Part shown: positions 36,545 to 46,512 of the stretch, one piece after another
Position numbering within the stretch: position 1 is the first letter of the stretch
How the letters are laid out: the number at the start of each line of letters is the position of its first letter
Assembly: GCA_043765155.1 (NCBI GenBank)
Contig: JAYUJP010000001.1
Coordinates: 19,268-83,267, forward strand
Reading direction: 5' to 3'
Length of the DNA stretch: 64,000 nt
Source of the DNA: a bacterium
GTDB taxonomy: Bacteria; Patescibacteriota; Minisyncoccia; Phycocordibacterales; UBA5272
Notes under the pieces: generated by a model
The model's database searches: none
What the model was told of the DNA's origin: nothing
Seen by the model: only the letters and a program-made list of their open reading frames with translations
Made by a program: the position numbers and the translations under genes

Positions 36545-37195
36545 TTATATGTTTTTAGCTTCCTGTTTTGTATCTCCGTTACAAGTATTCGCTGACCAAA
36601 AACCAAGCTTATTATTTCTAGCAAAAACTTCTGCCTCTTTATAATCTTTTTGATATTTATATGGTAGATTGTAGGTGTATTCGTGTGCGTATCCATCCCT
36701 AATCATTTTCTCTTGATAAGAAGTTCCATTTTCAAGAAAGACATATCTTAAGAGTCTATTATACTTATCTCTTTCACCTTGGCTTGGGTCTACTTCAAGA
36801 TACACTTGTTTATCCCCTAGAAGTTCTGTAGCTTTTTTAGATGCTTCTTTAGCGAAGCATTGAACTGGTTTTCTTGGGTCTTTTGTTTCAGGTGTATCAA
36901 TACCAATTAAACGAATAGTGATGGACTCACCATCAACTAATACTTTAATAGTATCCCCATCTACAACATCTAAAACTTTATAGAGTGTAGAAGTAGATGT
37001 TTTAATTTCTTTTACTTCAATCTTAGGCGTGTTTATGATGTTTTGACTAGGTATCTGGGTAGTTATTTTCTCCTCCGATGTTTTTATGATTGGCTTATTT
37101 ATAGATATATAAAAAACTAAAAAAGTTGATATAGCTAAAATAATAAGTAATAAGTCAGCTATTGTAATTTTATGTTCAAGAAATTTTTTAATCAT
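36545..37195 (-). CDS. Thermonuclease (SNase-like), membrane anchored (start MIKKF)
   Basis: VVDGDTI, IRLIGIDTPE, DKYNRLLRYV, GFW. Confidence 0.92.
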   Translation of the reverse strand: MIKKFLEHKITIADLLLIILAISTFLVFYISINKPIIKTSEEKITTQIPSQNIINTPKIEVKEIKTSTSTLYKVLDVVDGDTIKVLVDGESITIRLIGIDTPETKDPRKPVQCFAKEASKKATELLGDKQVYLEVDPSQGERDKYNRLLRYVFLENGTSYQEKMIRDGYAHEYTYNLPYKYQKDYKEAEVFARNNKLGFWSANTCNGDTKQEAKNI

Positions 37196-37196
37196 A

Positions 37197-37895
37197 TTAT
37201 TTTCTAGGCATTCTACCTCCACTGTCTAGACACTCTTCTTTACTTGCATAAGCGGTAAAGTTCTGTGTTTTATAATAATAAGTTCCTCCTTTTGGATGAC
37301 ATATACCTGTTCTGCTTTTCTTTATAGGTGGATTTTCTTGGTCAATTTCTTCGACATTACCTATTTTATTGTCTGTAAGCTGCCTTGCATTCCCTACATT
37401 AGAGTTGTTATCAACTACGTTGCTTGTAGGCTTAGTTCCTGTAAGGTTAAATAATGATATGCCAAAAACAGTAATTAGTATCGCCGCAATGATAGATTTT
37501 TTACTAAATTTAGAAAGTATATTATTTACTATATCTTTTTTAATTGTATATTTCCCGTTTTCAAAAATTAAATCTTTAGGAGTTTTATTAAATTGTTTTG
37601 CAAGTATAAGATACGAAAAATACAGCTTGCATCTTTCTATTTCTTGGTCAGTTATATTTTTAAGCCCGCTAATTTCTAATCTTTCTCTGAAAGAGGCGTC
37701 ACCTCCGAACCCTCTAAACAATACCTTAAAGAGTGCTTTTATAAAAATACTTCTCCCTTTTTCTTTACTCTCTAAGCCAAAGATGGATTGCATTTCCAAT
37801 GCTCCAGCATCAATATCCGTTTCACCATTTGGTAAGTGAGTGGACTCTATTTTTTCATATATTTTTTTAGTAGTAGTTATTTTTTCTTCTTCCAT
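37197..37895 (-). CDS. Membrane protein with a small C-terminal Cys/His domain
   Basis: One TM; KKSRTGICH...YY...EECLDSGGR. Confidence 0.7.
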   Translation of the reverse strand: MEEEKITTTKKIYEKIESTHLPNGETDIDAGALEMQSIFGLESKEKGRSIFIKALFKVLFRGFGGDASFRERLEISGLKNITDQEIERCKLYFSYLILAKQFNKTPKDLIFENGKYTIKKDIVNNILSKFSKKSIIAAILITVFGISLFNLTGTKPTSNVVDNNSNVGNARQLTDNKIGNVEEIDQENPPIKKSRTGICHPKGGTYYYKTQNFTAYASKEECLDSGGRMPRK

Positions 37896-37946
37896 AAATT
37901 TTTATATTGTTGAGATTTGTTAAAAATACTTATTTGGTTCGTGTAT

Positions 37947-38291
37947 TTATTGTTGGCTTTCTTTATAATCTCTATAATTTTCTCTTTCCGTATCATACAT
38001 AACTTCAATCGTGTTTTTATTTGCCTCATCTACAACCTTGGTTAAATCTGAACAGATCTTTTTGCTATTGTATTTAATAACTTCTAATTCTTTGTTTTTA
38101 TTAAAATAATCTTCACACGGAGAAGTAAAGAAGTCCCCGTCCTCTGTGTTAGTTAAGTAATGCTTAACAGTTTCTATCTCTTTATCTTTTTGTATAAAGC
38201 TAAGAAAAGCTAAAAACAAGAGCGCAAAAAGCACCATCGTTACAAAGGGGTGTCTTTCGGAATAGCTCATAATTTTATTATTTGTGTTCAT
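37947..38291 (-). CDS. Hypothetical membrane-anchored protein
   Basis: N-terminal TM; tightly spaced in operon. Confidence 0.65.
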   Translation of the reverse strand: MNTNNKIMSYSERHPFVTMVLFALLFLAFLSFIQKDKEIETVKHYLTNTEDGDFFTSPCEDYFNKNKELEVIKYNSKKICSDLTKVVDEANKNTIEVMYDTERENYRDYKESQQ

Positions 38292-38296
38292 ATAAA

Positions 38297-38599
38297 TTAA
38301 CTAAAAGAGCTTACTATTATTTTAGATAAGGTAGCTAATATAGATATCACTAAGCCAGATACTAACCACCAGTCCTGAGACTTTAAGTTATTTCTTGTCA
38401 AAAGAAAAGCTATAGGATATACGGGTAAAGCAAATATGACTCCACCAAAGACATAAGCAACAAAAGACCCTATAGATCCCACAGAAATAGGCCCACCCAA
38501 AATTATAAGATAGGCACCGAATATGGCACTTATTAAGATAAGTTTTAATATAATATTATTTTTTCTTATAAAGCTATCAGATACTACGTTATTTTTCAT
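38297..38599 (-). CDS. Hypothetical 3-TM membrane protein
   Basis: Three hydrophobic segments; first gene after the structured leader. Confidence 0.65.
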   Translation of the reverse strand: MKNNVVSDSFIRKNNIILKLILISAIFGAYLIILGGPISVGSIGSFVAYVFGGVIFALPVYPIAFLLTRNNLKSQDWWLVSGLVISILATLSKIIVSSFS

Positions 38600-38640
38600 A
38601 TATTTATATATTATTTATTAAGATTTGCTTACTTAATACG

Positions 38641-38784
38641 AAACAAAATAAGCACCCCAGTAAGGTGCTCACAAACCAATAGACTTGCTACTGATATGTT
38701 TCCTTACATAGGATGCCTATGTTGGACACATCAATAGCACTAAATAGACACTTTTTAAAGTGTAGTCTTGTTGGTTTATGAGCA
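38641..38784 (-). ncRNA. Structured leader RNA / attenuator candidate
   Basis: Long outer stem TGCTCATAAACCAA...TTGGTTTGTGAGCA, two inner hairpins, overlapping terminator; TG-T-TATAAT at 38790-38798. Confidence 0.55.
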
Positions 38785-38864
38785 TATATATTATAACATA
38801 ATTTACTAAAATTTACCCCTCTCACACCCTCTCATAAAATGAGAAAAAATGGTAAAATATAAGT

Positions 38865-39689
38865 ATGGTAAAAATTAAGACTAATTCAATTTTTGCTCTA
38901 TCAGAAGTTTTACAGTACATATCTTATTCAATTCATGATAATATATACAAAAAAGATGACCCAGTAAATTATAGCTACTGGGGTGTAGCTTTCAGTAATA
39001 CCTATAGAGATCTAAGAATAAATAACAGGGAAGTTCTGAGTGGTTACAGTTTTGAAAGCGACGTAAATAATTTAGCTATTAATTCAGTAAAAACTACAGA
39101 GATAGATTTTTTTAGAAATATTTTTAATATTATTTTTACTCTTGAGGAAAAAGGGTTAATCGAAAACTCAGATATTTTTATCGGCACTATGCTTGCCTGG
39201 TTCTTAGACCCAGTAAGATCATTTTATACAAAAATACAAAGAGAAGGTGCTCTCAATGCTATAAATTTGATTTTAGATAGGTATTACTGGGTTATAAAAT
39301 ATAGTAATTCTAGAAAAAAATATATATTTGAAAGACAGGTAATGGTTGCTTCGGTAGATAAAGATGCTATTTATATTAATAACGAGAGGGTTTTTATAAC
39401 TAAAGGACACCTTAAATACAAAAAAGATAATGATGAAATTGAGAAAATTAAAACTAAGCCAGCAGATATAAAAATACTTATTTTTTTAATTAGCTCAGGT
39501 AAAGCAAATATTAATAATTGGTTTAAGATTAAAGATTTGGCAACAAAATTGGGTTTAAAAGCTGGAACAGTCTCTAACTCCTTTTCTTCTTTTAGAGGAA
39601 TTTCTAAAATTATTAAAAGTGATCTTTTTGAAGATCGTGGGATAGACTCCAAAGGTAAAGATTTTAGGATAAATCCAAAAGTTTTATAA
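38865..39689 (+). CDS. Hypothetical protein with C-terminal winged-helix domain
   Basis: ILIFLI...IKDLATKLGL..GTVSNSFS.FR...FRINP. Confidence 0.65.
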   Translation: MVKIKTNSIFALSEVLQYISYSIHDNIYKKDDPVNYSYWGVAFSNTYRDLRINNREVLSGYSFESDVNNLAINSVKTTEIDFFRNIFNIIFTLEEKGLIENSDIFIGTMLAWFLDPVRSFYTKIQREGALNAINLILDRYYWVIKYSNSRKKYIFERQVMVASVDKDAIYINNERVFITKGHLKYKKDNDEIEKIKTKPADIKILIFLISSGKANINNWFKIKDLATKLGLKAGTVSNSFSSFRGISKIIKSDLFEDRGIDSKGKDFRINPKVL

Positions 39690-40117
39690 GCATGCTCATC
39701 AGCTCCTTCACCAATTTTTAGTGAAGGTATATTTTGACGTAAAATAGTAAAGAGTATATTTTTTAATAACCAGTAAATTTTCTTATAATATAGGTAAATT
39801 TTTTCTTTTTACAGAACCCATTTTTATAATGGGTATTTTTGCTTGACAAGATATGTTGATGAATGAGTTAAAAGAAGAGTAATAAGTTAAATATAAATAT
39901 TACAGTTAAAAATACAGGTAAATAAAAACCTACGTCTATCTTTATCAAATCTATGTAGCAGTAACATTTCTAGTAAAGTCTACAGACTTACTCTTAATAT
40001 TACCGCCAGAAATAATTATACAAGAAATTAGATAGTAATAGTAAAAAGTTTATTTTTCATTTACCTTAACTGTGAGTTACTTACTTTTTCTTATTATAAA
40101 AAGCCCCCAACACATAC

Positions 40118-40267
40118 ATGCAATTATCAGCAAAAGCAATTCAAGATCTAAGAATTGAGCTTCGTAGAAACTACGGCGCTAGTGTTGATATTGCTTTAGA
40201 CAATGAGGAAGTTAACAGGGTGGGTGTTCTAATGCTTAATCTTGTCGCTTCTAAATTATGTGCATAG
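40118..40267 (+). CDS. Small 49-aa protein upstream of the recombinase (not in the ORF track)
   Basis: MQLSAKAIQDLRIELRRNYGASVDIALDNEEVNRVGVLMLNLVASKLCA; GC-richer than flanks. Confidence 0.6.
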   Translation: MQLSAKAIQDLRIELRRNYGASVDIALDNEEVNRVGVLMLNLVASKLCA

Positions 40268-40966
40268 TGGTGTCCTTGGTCAAAAAATGTTTTTTATTTA
40301 TTCCCAAAAAGTTGAGGAGGCAAAAAAGACCTCAACATATCAAAAAGAGATATAGTTAGCAAAATATAACCGCAGTCTCGTATTTTGTATCAGAAAACAC
40401 TATATCAGTAAAACGCAGACTACGCTAGAAACTATTACTTGATTATCTGATTTTACAAAACCAAGTTCAAACTTATACAACGGCTCCAAAAGTGATACTC
40501 TTCAGAGTAAATAGAGGGGGATTAAATAAAAAATTACATAATATGATATAAACTTACTTTCAACATGTAAGCAGGTTGCCTTTTCTTACCAACTCACCAA
40601 ATGTGATAAACAAAACAAGGAAAATATGTACAAAACAAGAAAACAACACAAATCAAAAATGCTTGAGTTAAGAGCAGATAAGTTACTAAAAAATACAATC
40701 ATTAAAAATAACACAAAATATGAAAACAAGATACGTAAAAGTTAAACAATTATACACTCAAGAATATTTAGATAGCAAATTACCTGTTATCAAATTCTAG
40801 AGTTTGTGATAAAATAAATAAGCTACACCAGATCCAAAAATAATTCATAAAATCATCTAAAATATTTGTGAATAAAAACGAGGCAACGATGCGGATCCGG
40901 TGTAGCAACTTAATCTCAAAATATCGCTGCCTCATTTTTGTTTATAAACTAACTAATAAAAATAAT

Positions 40967-42670
40967 ATGTACGAAATAAATTATGGTGAACTTAAGGCAG
41001 TGAATTATAATCGTAAATCTTCTGAGTCAGAAGAGAAGCAAATACTATCTATAGACTCTCAGATTGATGAAAATAAAAAGATAGTGAGTCAATTGGGTGT
41101 TAAAAGTCTTGATATTCTGAGGGAGTCAAAGTCTGGTAAGATGTCAAATAAGAGACCAATCTTTACTCAAATGATTAAAGATATTAAGGATGGTAAGTAC
41201 GATAGCATTGTATGTTGGAAACTTGATCGTCTGGCTCGTAACATGATTGATGGCGGGGTTGTAATGGACATGTTACAGCGTGGGACTATCAAGTGCATAA
41301 TCACTCCTAGTAAGATTTATCATAGCAGCGAGAATACTCTATTACTCTCTGTTGAGTTTGGTTCTGCTAACCAATTCGTGCGTGACCTATCTGTAAATGT
41401 TAAAAGGGGTCAGACTAAGAAAGCGTCAATTGGGTTACCTCATGGTGTCGCTACACTTGGATTTTTAAATGACAGAGCGGGAGAAAAAGGAAATAAAAAA
41501 TGGCTTGTGGACGAAGATAGGCTATGGAAAATTCAAAAACTATTTGAAATGTTTTTAACTGGTAATTACTCGGCTAGCAGACTCTATGAATATGCCATAA
41601 ATGAGCTAAAATTGACTACAGTTAAGAGGAAAAGAACTGGGGGTAACAATATAGCTTTGTCTAGAATATACGATATATTTAAAGATCCCGTGTATGCTGG
41701 ATACTTCTTTTACGATGAGCAGAGATATGAACTAGATAAAAATTTACCCAGAATAATATCAGAGGCAGAATATGAAAAAGTAAAAAGTCTCTTATCAAGA
41801 AAAAATATACCTAAAACTCAACATCATAAACCTGTATACTCTGGCTATATATCTTCTCCCCTTGGGGAATATATTGGCGGAGATATAAAAAAGCAACTTA
41901 TTTGTGATTGTAAGTTCAAATTTGCTTACTCTAAAAGAGAAACCTGTCCTAAATGTCTTGTTGAGATAAGTAAGCTGTCGAACCCAAAGTTTTTAGAATA
42001 TAGAAAGTATATAAACATAAAAAGAAAGAAAGCTAAGATCCTAGATAGAACCATAAAAGTAAAATCTATAGAAGAGTCTTCTATAGATAGTCAGCTGTCT
42101 AATCATATTGAACAGAGTTTATTTTTTGCAGACGAGGTTCTTGGGTGGGCTAAAAAATATATACATGAATTAGAAAACATAGAAATGAGAAACAAAATTC
42201 TCTTTGAGAGAAATAAAGAAAGCAGGAAAATAGAGTTATCTGATAAAAAGTCAAAAATGAGAAGCAGGCTCTATGAAAATCAAATTACTAACAGTGAGTA
42301 TGGCGAAGATCTGATTAAATTAGAAAAAGAATATTCTGATACAAAAGAAGAAATAGGCGACGCAAAGATAAACTGGATTGATAAGCTAGATAAAATTATA
42401 TCAGTAAGTAAAATTGCAAGGGACACTATCCTCAATGGAACCTATAATGAAAAAAGACAACTACTTTCAGACTTTAGTCCTAACCTAGTCTGGGATGAAG
42501 AAAAACTCTTAATTAACAATAATTATTTGATAAATAAAATTATTGTGGCCATAAAAGTCTCAAATCAAGAATTTGCAAAGTACGAACCTAATTTAAGCTT
42601 TGATATACAAGGCTTAAATGAAAAAACACCCCTTAAAAGAGATGATTTTTCTATTATGCTCCGTGAGTAG
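40967..42670 (+). CDS. Large serine recombinase (likely start ATG 40967)
   Basis: YNRKSSE...Q, ESKSG, RPIF, WKLDRLARN, recombinase domain, Cys cluster, coiled coil. Confidence 0.93.
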   Translation: MYEINYGELKAVNYNRKSSESEEKQILSIDSQIDENKKIVSQLGVKSLDILRESKSGKMSNKRPIFTQMIKDIKDGKYDSIVCWKLDRLARNMIDGGVVMDMLQRGTIKCIITPSKIYHSSENTLLLSVEFGSANQFVRDLSVNVKRGQTKKASIGLPHGVATLGFLNDRAGEKGNKKWLVDEDRLWKIQKLFEMFLTGNYSASRLYEYAINELKLTTVKRKRTGGNNIALSRIYDIFKDPVYAGYFFYDEQRYELDKNLPRIISEAEYEKVKSLLSRKNIPKTQHHKPVYSGYISSPLGEYIGGDIKKQLICDCKFKFAYSKRETCPKCLVEISKLSNPKFLEYRKYINIKRKKAKILDRTIKVKSIEESSIDSQLSNHIEQSLFFADEVLGWAKKYIHELENIEMRNKILFERNKESRKIELSDKKSKMRSRLYENQITNSEYGEDLIKLEKEYSDTKEEIGDAKINWIDKLDKIISVSKIARDTILNGTYNEKRQLLSDFSPNLVWDEEKLLINNNYLINKIIVAIKVSNQEFAKYEPNLSFDIQGLNEKTPLKRDDFSIMLRE

Positions 42671-42730
42671 GGATCGAACCTACGACCAATTCCTTAACAG
42701 GGAACTGCTCTACCGCTGAGCTATCACGGA
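42659..42730 (-). tRNA. tRNA-Asn(GTT), 3' CCA not encoded
   Basis: TCCGTGA...TCACGGA-G; anticodon loop CTGTTAA. Confidence 0.96.
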
Positions 42731-42820
42731 ATATCAGACATCTGTGTTTTTATAAATAAATACGCAGAATGTTTGATACAGGTATTATACTTTATTTCGC
42801 CACTTTTTGCAAATATATTT

Positions 42821-43687
42821 TTATATGTTTTTGATAACTTGCAATATTGGATTATCAGCTTTTATTGTGAATGCTGCAGCATTTTTATGTCCTCCTCCGC
42901 CATGCTTTATTGCTATAACACTTACATCAAAATCAGCAACTGACCTCAGGCTAATCTTCCACTTATTATCAACATATTGATATATTATAGAAAAGCTATT
43001 TGTCTTTTTAGCTAACTCATGACCTAGCTCGCTTTTTATCTCGCTCGGAGCATTAACTGCGTACACCTGATGCCCTTCAAAATCTATAAGCTCTGCTCTC
43101 TCTATATATCTTTTTATATTACCTTCTCTAGAATCATGTAGCGCCTGACCTATTTTTTTTATTCTTTCAAAATTATTAGTATCTTCTAATTCTTTTACTA
43201 TCTCGTCTATCATTTGTATACTTAGATCCTTATCGCCTTTATATATATAGGCATTTATATACTTATAGTCAGGCATTTTGTTAGTCCAAGTGTCACTATC
43301 TGATATATACTGTATAACTAGTGGCATTTCTAATTCTGGGTAAAAATAATTCCAAGCTAGCGCGCAGCCAGAAATACCTTCACCGTATACATGATTGTGT
43401 ACGCTCTCAATATTTTCTTTTGCTCCAACATGATGGTCTAGTATAACTAGTTTTTTACATTTACTTTCCAGACCTAAAAGTATTTCTTTTGTAAAAGAAA
43501 AGTCCACTATATATATTTCTTTTTCTGATAATTCTGTATCAGAGAGACTGGAAATATTAATTGGCAAATTTTTCCAATCATCACAAGCGATATATTCTGC
43601 ATCATTACTATATTTCTGAAAACATACCCACGCCGAAGCCATGCCGTCCATACAATTTTTATGATATATAATTATTGTATTTTTCAT
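42821..43687 (-). CDS. DHH/DHHA1 phosphoesterase
   Basis: YH..C.DG, IVDFS, LDHH, SLRS, GGGGH.NAA. Confidence 0.9.
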   Translation of the reverse strand: MKNTIIIYHKNCMDGMASAWVCFQKYSNDAEYIACDDWKNLPINISSLSDTELSEKEIYIVDFSFTKEILLGLESKCKKLVILDHHVGAKENIESVHNHVYGEGISGCALAWNYFYPELEMPLVIQYISDSDTWTNKMPDYKYINAYIYKGDKDLSIQMIDEIVKELEDTNNFERIKKIGQALHDSREGNIKRYIERAELIDFEGHQVYAVNAPSEIKSELGHELAKKTNSFSIIYQYVDNKWKISLRSVADFDVSVIAIKHGGGGHKNAAAFTIKADNPILQVIKNI

Positions 43688-43707
43688 AATTTACTTTTAT
43701 TTAACCT

Positions 43708-43783
43708 TGGTGCCAAGACCCGGGCTCGAACCGGGGACCCCTTCCTCTTCAGGGAAATGCTCTACCAACTGAGCTATCTTGGC
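43708..43783 (-). tRNA. tRNA-Phe(GAA)
   Basis: GCCAAGA...TCTTGGC-ACCA; anticodon loop CTGAAGA. Confidence 0.96.
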
Positions 43784-43885
43784 TTACTTTTACACTTTTA
43801 ATTATAACACAAAAGCATAAAAAGTAAAAACCTATTCAAAACAGATAAAAGCAGTAAAGTTTAATCTAAAATAGCTTAAGTGTAA

Positions 43886-44206
43886 CTACTTATTGAAAAA
43901 AGATTTTATAACGTCTAAAAAGTTTCTGATGGCTTTTGTCTCAGGCAATTGACCTCCAACAGTGTTAAGATTATTGTTTACATTAGTAATAGCATTTTGA
44001 AGACTGCTAAAATTTTCAGTTATTTTTAGCATATACGGCTGAGCGTAATAATACACTCCAAGTAGAGTTCCGATTATAAACAACCAGTACAATATACGCA
44101 TAAAGTTAGCGATGCGTTCACGGCGTAGAAGTGAGCGCAGTATCTCGTTGTTCTCTTGTATCATTTCGTACATCTCGTCTAATTTTTCTTGGTTAGTTTG
44201 TGACAT
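43886..44206 (-). CDS. Hypothetical single-TM protein
   Basis: ENNEILRSL, TM, coiled-coil tail. Confidence 0.75.
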   Translation of the reverse strand: MSQTNQEKLDEMYEMIQENNEILRSLLRRERIANFMRILYWLFIIGTLLGVYYYAQPYMLKITENFSSLQNAITNVNNNLNTVGGQLPETKAIRNFLDVIKSFFNK

Positions 44207-44298
44207 GATTATTTTTGTTTGTCTAAAAAATATTTTATATTATTTTTATAAATTTATATGTTTCTAATTATATCACAAATATGTTAAAATAGAATAAC

Positions 44299-44370
44299 GC
44301 CCTTGTAGTTAAATGGATATAACTGCTCCGTCCTAAGGAGTTATTGTGGGTTCGATTCCTGCCGAGGGCA
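44299..44370 (+). tRNA. tRNA-Arg(CCT)
   Basis: GCCCTTG...CGAGGGC-A; anticodon loop GTCCTAA. Confidence 0.92.
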
Positions 44371-44476
44371 CAAAAAATAAACGAAGTGTTTTTAAAAGTC
44401 TCAATTATCCCCACCAATAAAATAAGCCCGATTATTTTATTTGCAAATGAGACGTATTTATGATATTATACTAGGT

Positions 44477-44692
44477 ATGCAATCTCTTATTTTAGCTGCA
44501 AACATAGTACTATCAGTCCTGCTTATCATACTAGTACTAATGCAGCGCGCAAATACTGACGCCGGCGGAGCTTTCTCATCAGAAAGTGTTGGCACATTTA
44601 AAAGACGTGGAGCCGAAAGTCTAATCTACAAATCAACAATTGTAGTATCTATACTTTTTGCTGCGTCACTATTAGCGCACGCATTGTTGTAA
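44477..44692 (+). CDS. secG: Preprotein translocase subunit SecG (ATG 44477)
   Basis: TM-LVLMQ...GGAF...RRGAE-TM. Confidence 0.88.
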   Translation: MQSLILAANIVLSVLLIILVLMQRANTDAGGAFSSESVGTFKRRGAESLIYKSTIVVSILFAASLLAHALL

Positions 44693-44726
44693 GCTTTAAT
44701 TAAAACAGGAGAATACATTTCTCAAA

Positions 44727-46493
44727 ATGCTTTTAAATAAAGAAGTTTTTAACTCAAAAAGTAATATTAAGAAGTTTCTAATAGTATTAAAAACACTAAC
44801 ACCAGAAAAATCTTTTTATTTTTACTTGTCACTTGTATTCATGCTGATACTTGGATTTTTTGCTATTTCTATTTTTCTAAAAAAGAATTATACCAAAGAG
44901 TCACCTCAGCATAATCAAGTATTAAATGTATACTCAGACGAAAAAGTCAAAAACTTTACTCCTCTTTTTGCTGAGTCAAAAACTGAAAAAATAATATCAG
45001 GACTACTATTTGCTGGGTTAATAAAAAATAACGGAGACTATTATACCATGGACTTAGCAGAGTCTATATATATAAGCGATAGCGGACTAGATATAAAAAT
45101 ACAATTAAAAGATAACTCGAAATTTTCAAATGGAGAAAAGATAACTACTGATGACATTATATATACTTACAAATTGATGCAGAGTTTTGATATAGATAAC
45201 AAGGATAGAGTCAAATATGAAGGATTATCTTTTGAAAAAGTCGATGATTTCAATATGAATATTGCTCTCAAAAAGAGTTACTCGCAAGTTAATAAGCTTT
45301 TGACCCTGGGTATAATAAGTAAAGATCAATATATAGGCGAGAAAATCGGTGACTTTGTTATATCTGATAAAAACTTGAACCCAATATCAAGCGGTCAATA
45401 TACTGTTAATAGCGTCTCTAATCTTAATGGTGTAATAGGAAATATGTCTCTTAAAAATAATAATAAATATTATAACCTTTCTAATTTTGGCAATATTAAT
45501 TTTTATACAGAAAAGTTAGAATCTGACAAAAGTATTATAGACTCATATGTAAAAGGTAATTCTATAGATATTATTCTGAGCGGCGCTTATTCTGAATATC
45601 TAGATACTACTATATATGATACTAAAAGCTATAACACTACTGTAGTCAATAATATATTTCTTAATCCTAGTAAAAATGATATTTTATCCAAAAAGATAAA
45701 TAGAGAATATCTTTATAAAAATATAAATAGGGACTATATAGTCAAAAATATATTAATGAACAATGCTGATACGTCTTTTGATATTATGCCTAATTCTAAA
45801 AATATAAACCCTCTTACTGAGGTGGATATAGAGAAAACTTCTCTTAAATTTACTGATAAGACTTCTATAGCTAGTTCTGGTACTAGCACAGAGCCTCAAA
45901 CGTCCGCTCAGCCTAATGCTAATCTTGTAACATCTATAAAGCTAACATTTTTAAATACCGATACCAATCAAAAGATTTATAACTACTTGCAGCAGACTTT
46001 TATTAAAAATAGTATAAATATAATTAGCGTGCCGGTCAATCAAGATACACTTCAGAGTATAATCAAAAATAGAGACTTTGAAATGCTTATGACCAATATA
46101 AGTATAGAAGATGTGTCTAGCCTATATTCATTTTTGCATTCTTCTCAGAAAAACGCTCCAGGCCTAAATATTACAAATTATATTAGCAAAACTTTTGACA
46201 AAAATATAGAAGTATTAAGGTCAGCGACCAACACAATAGATATAAATAATTCGTTAAGTAGCTTAAGGCAAGAATTTTATGAAGAGTATCCATATATACC
46301 GCTCTACTCAAAGACAAATAAGGTAAATATTACAAAAGAGCTAAAAACAAATACGGAAAATAACACAAGTAATGGCAATGAAGAAAATATATTAAAAAAC
46401 ATAAGCGCAGATTATAAAGAAACAGAATATCTGTACACTTTTTTAGAAAAATATAGAAATATTATTATCAAAGTTAACAAGATAATACATTAA
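44727..46493 (+). CDS. Peptide ABC transporter substrate-binding protein (OppA/DppA-like), membrane anchored
   Basis: LLFAGL, DLAES, FSNGEKIT.DDI.YT, PISSG.Y, FLHSSQ..PGLN, PYIPLY. Confidence 0.8.
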   Translation: MLLNKEVFNSKSNIKKFLIVLKTLTPEKSFYFYLSLVFMLILGFFAISIFLKKNYTKESPQHNQVLNVYSDEKVKNFTPLFAESKTEKIISGLLFAGLIKNNGDYYTMDLAESIYISDSGLDIKIQLKDNSKFSNGEKITTDDIIYTYKLMQSFDIDNKDRVKYEGLSFEKVDDFNMNIALKKSYSQVNKLLTLGIISKDQYIGEKIGDFVISDKNLNPISSGQYTVNSVSNLNGVIGNMSLKNNNKYYNLSNFGNINFYTEKLESDKSIIDSYVKGNSIDIILSGAYSEYLDTTIYDTKSYNTTVVNNIFLNPSKNDILSKKINREYLYKNINRDYIVKNILMNNADTSFDIMPNSKNINPLTEVDIEKTSLKFTDKTSIASSGTSTEPQTSAQPNANLVTSIKLTFLNTDTNQKIYNYLQQTFIKNSINIISVPVNQDTLQSIIKNRDFEMLMTNISIEDVSSLYSFLHSSQKNAPGLNITNYISKTFDKNIEVLRSATNTIDINNSLSSLRQEFYEEYPYIPLYSKTNKVNITKELKTNTENNTSNGNEENILKNISADYKETEYLYTFLEKYRNIIIKVNKIIH

Positions 46494-46512
46494 TAAAATA
46501 ACAATCAAACAT

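Larger units (their letters stand above)
34750..42661. mobile_element. Serine-recombinase integrative element at the tRNA-Asn 3' end (~7.9 kb)
   Basis: Recombinase stop lies inside the tRNA; core GCTCCG at 34746-34751 and 42658-42663; orphan/defence-like cargo. Confidence 0.75.

Noticed and set aside
40868-40966. GTG start extending the recombinase by 33 aa
   Set aside because: It spans a hairpin; the catalytic YxRxS motif is normally close to the N-terminus, favouring ATG 40967
42821-43783. DHH gene behind tRNA-Phe (and the gene behind tRNA-Thr) as further cassettes
   Set aside because: Close to the tRNA but no inverted arms or duplicated tRNA end noticed; shows that tRNA proximity alone is not evidence
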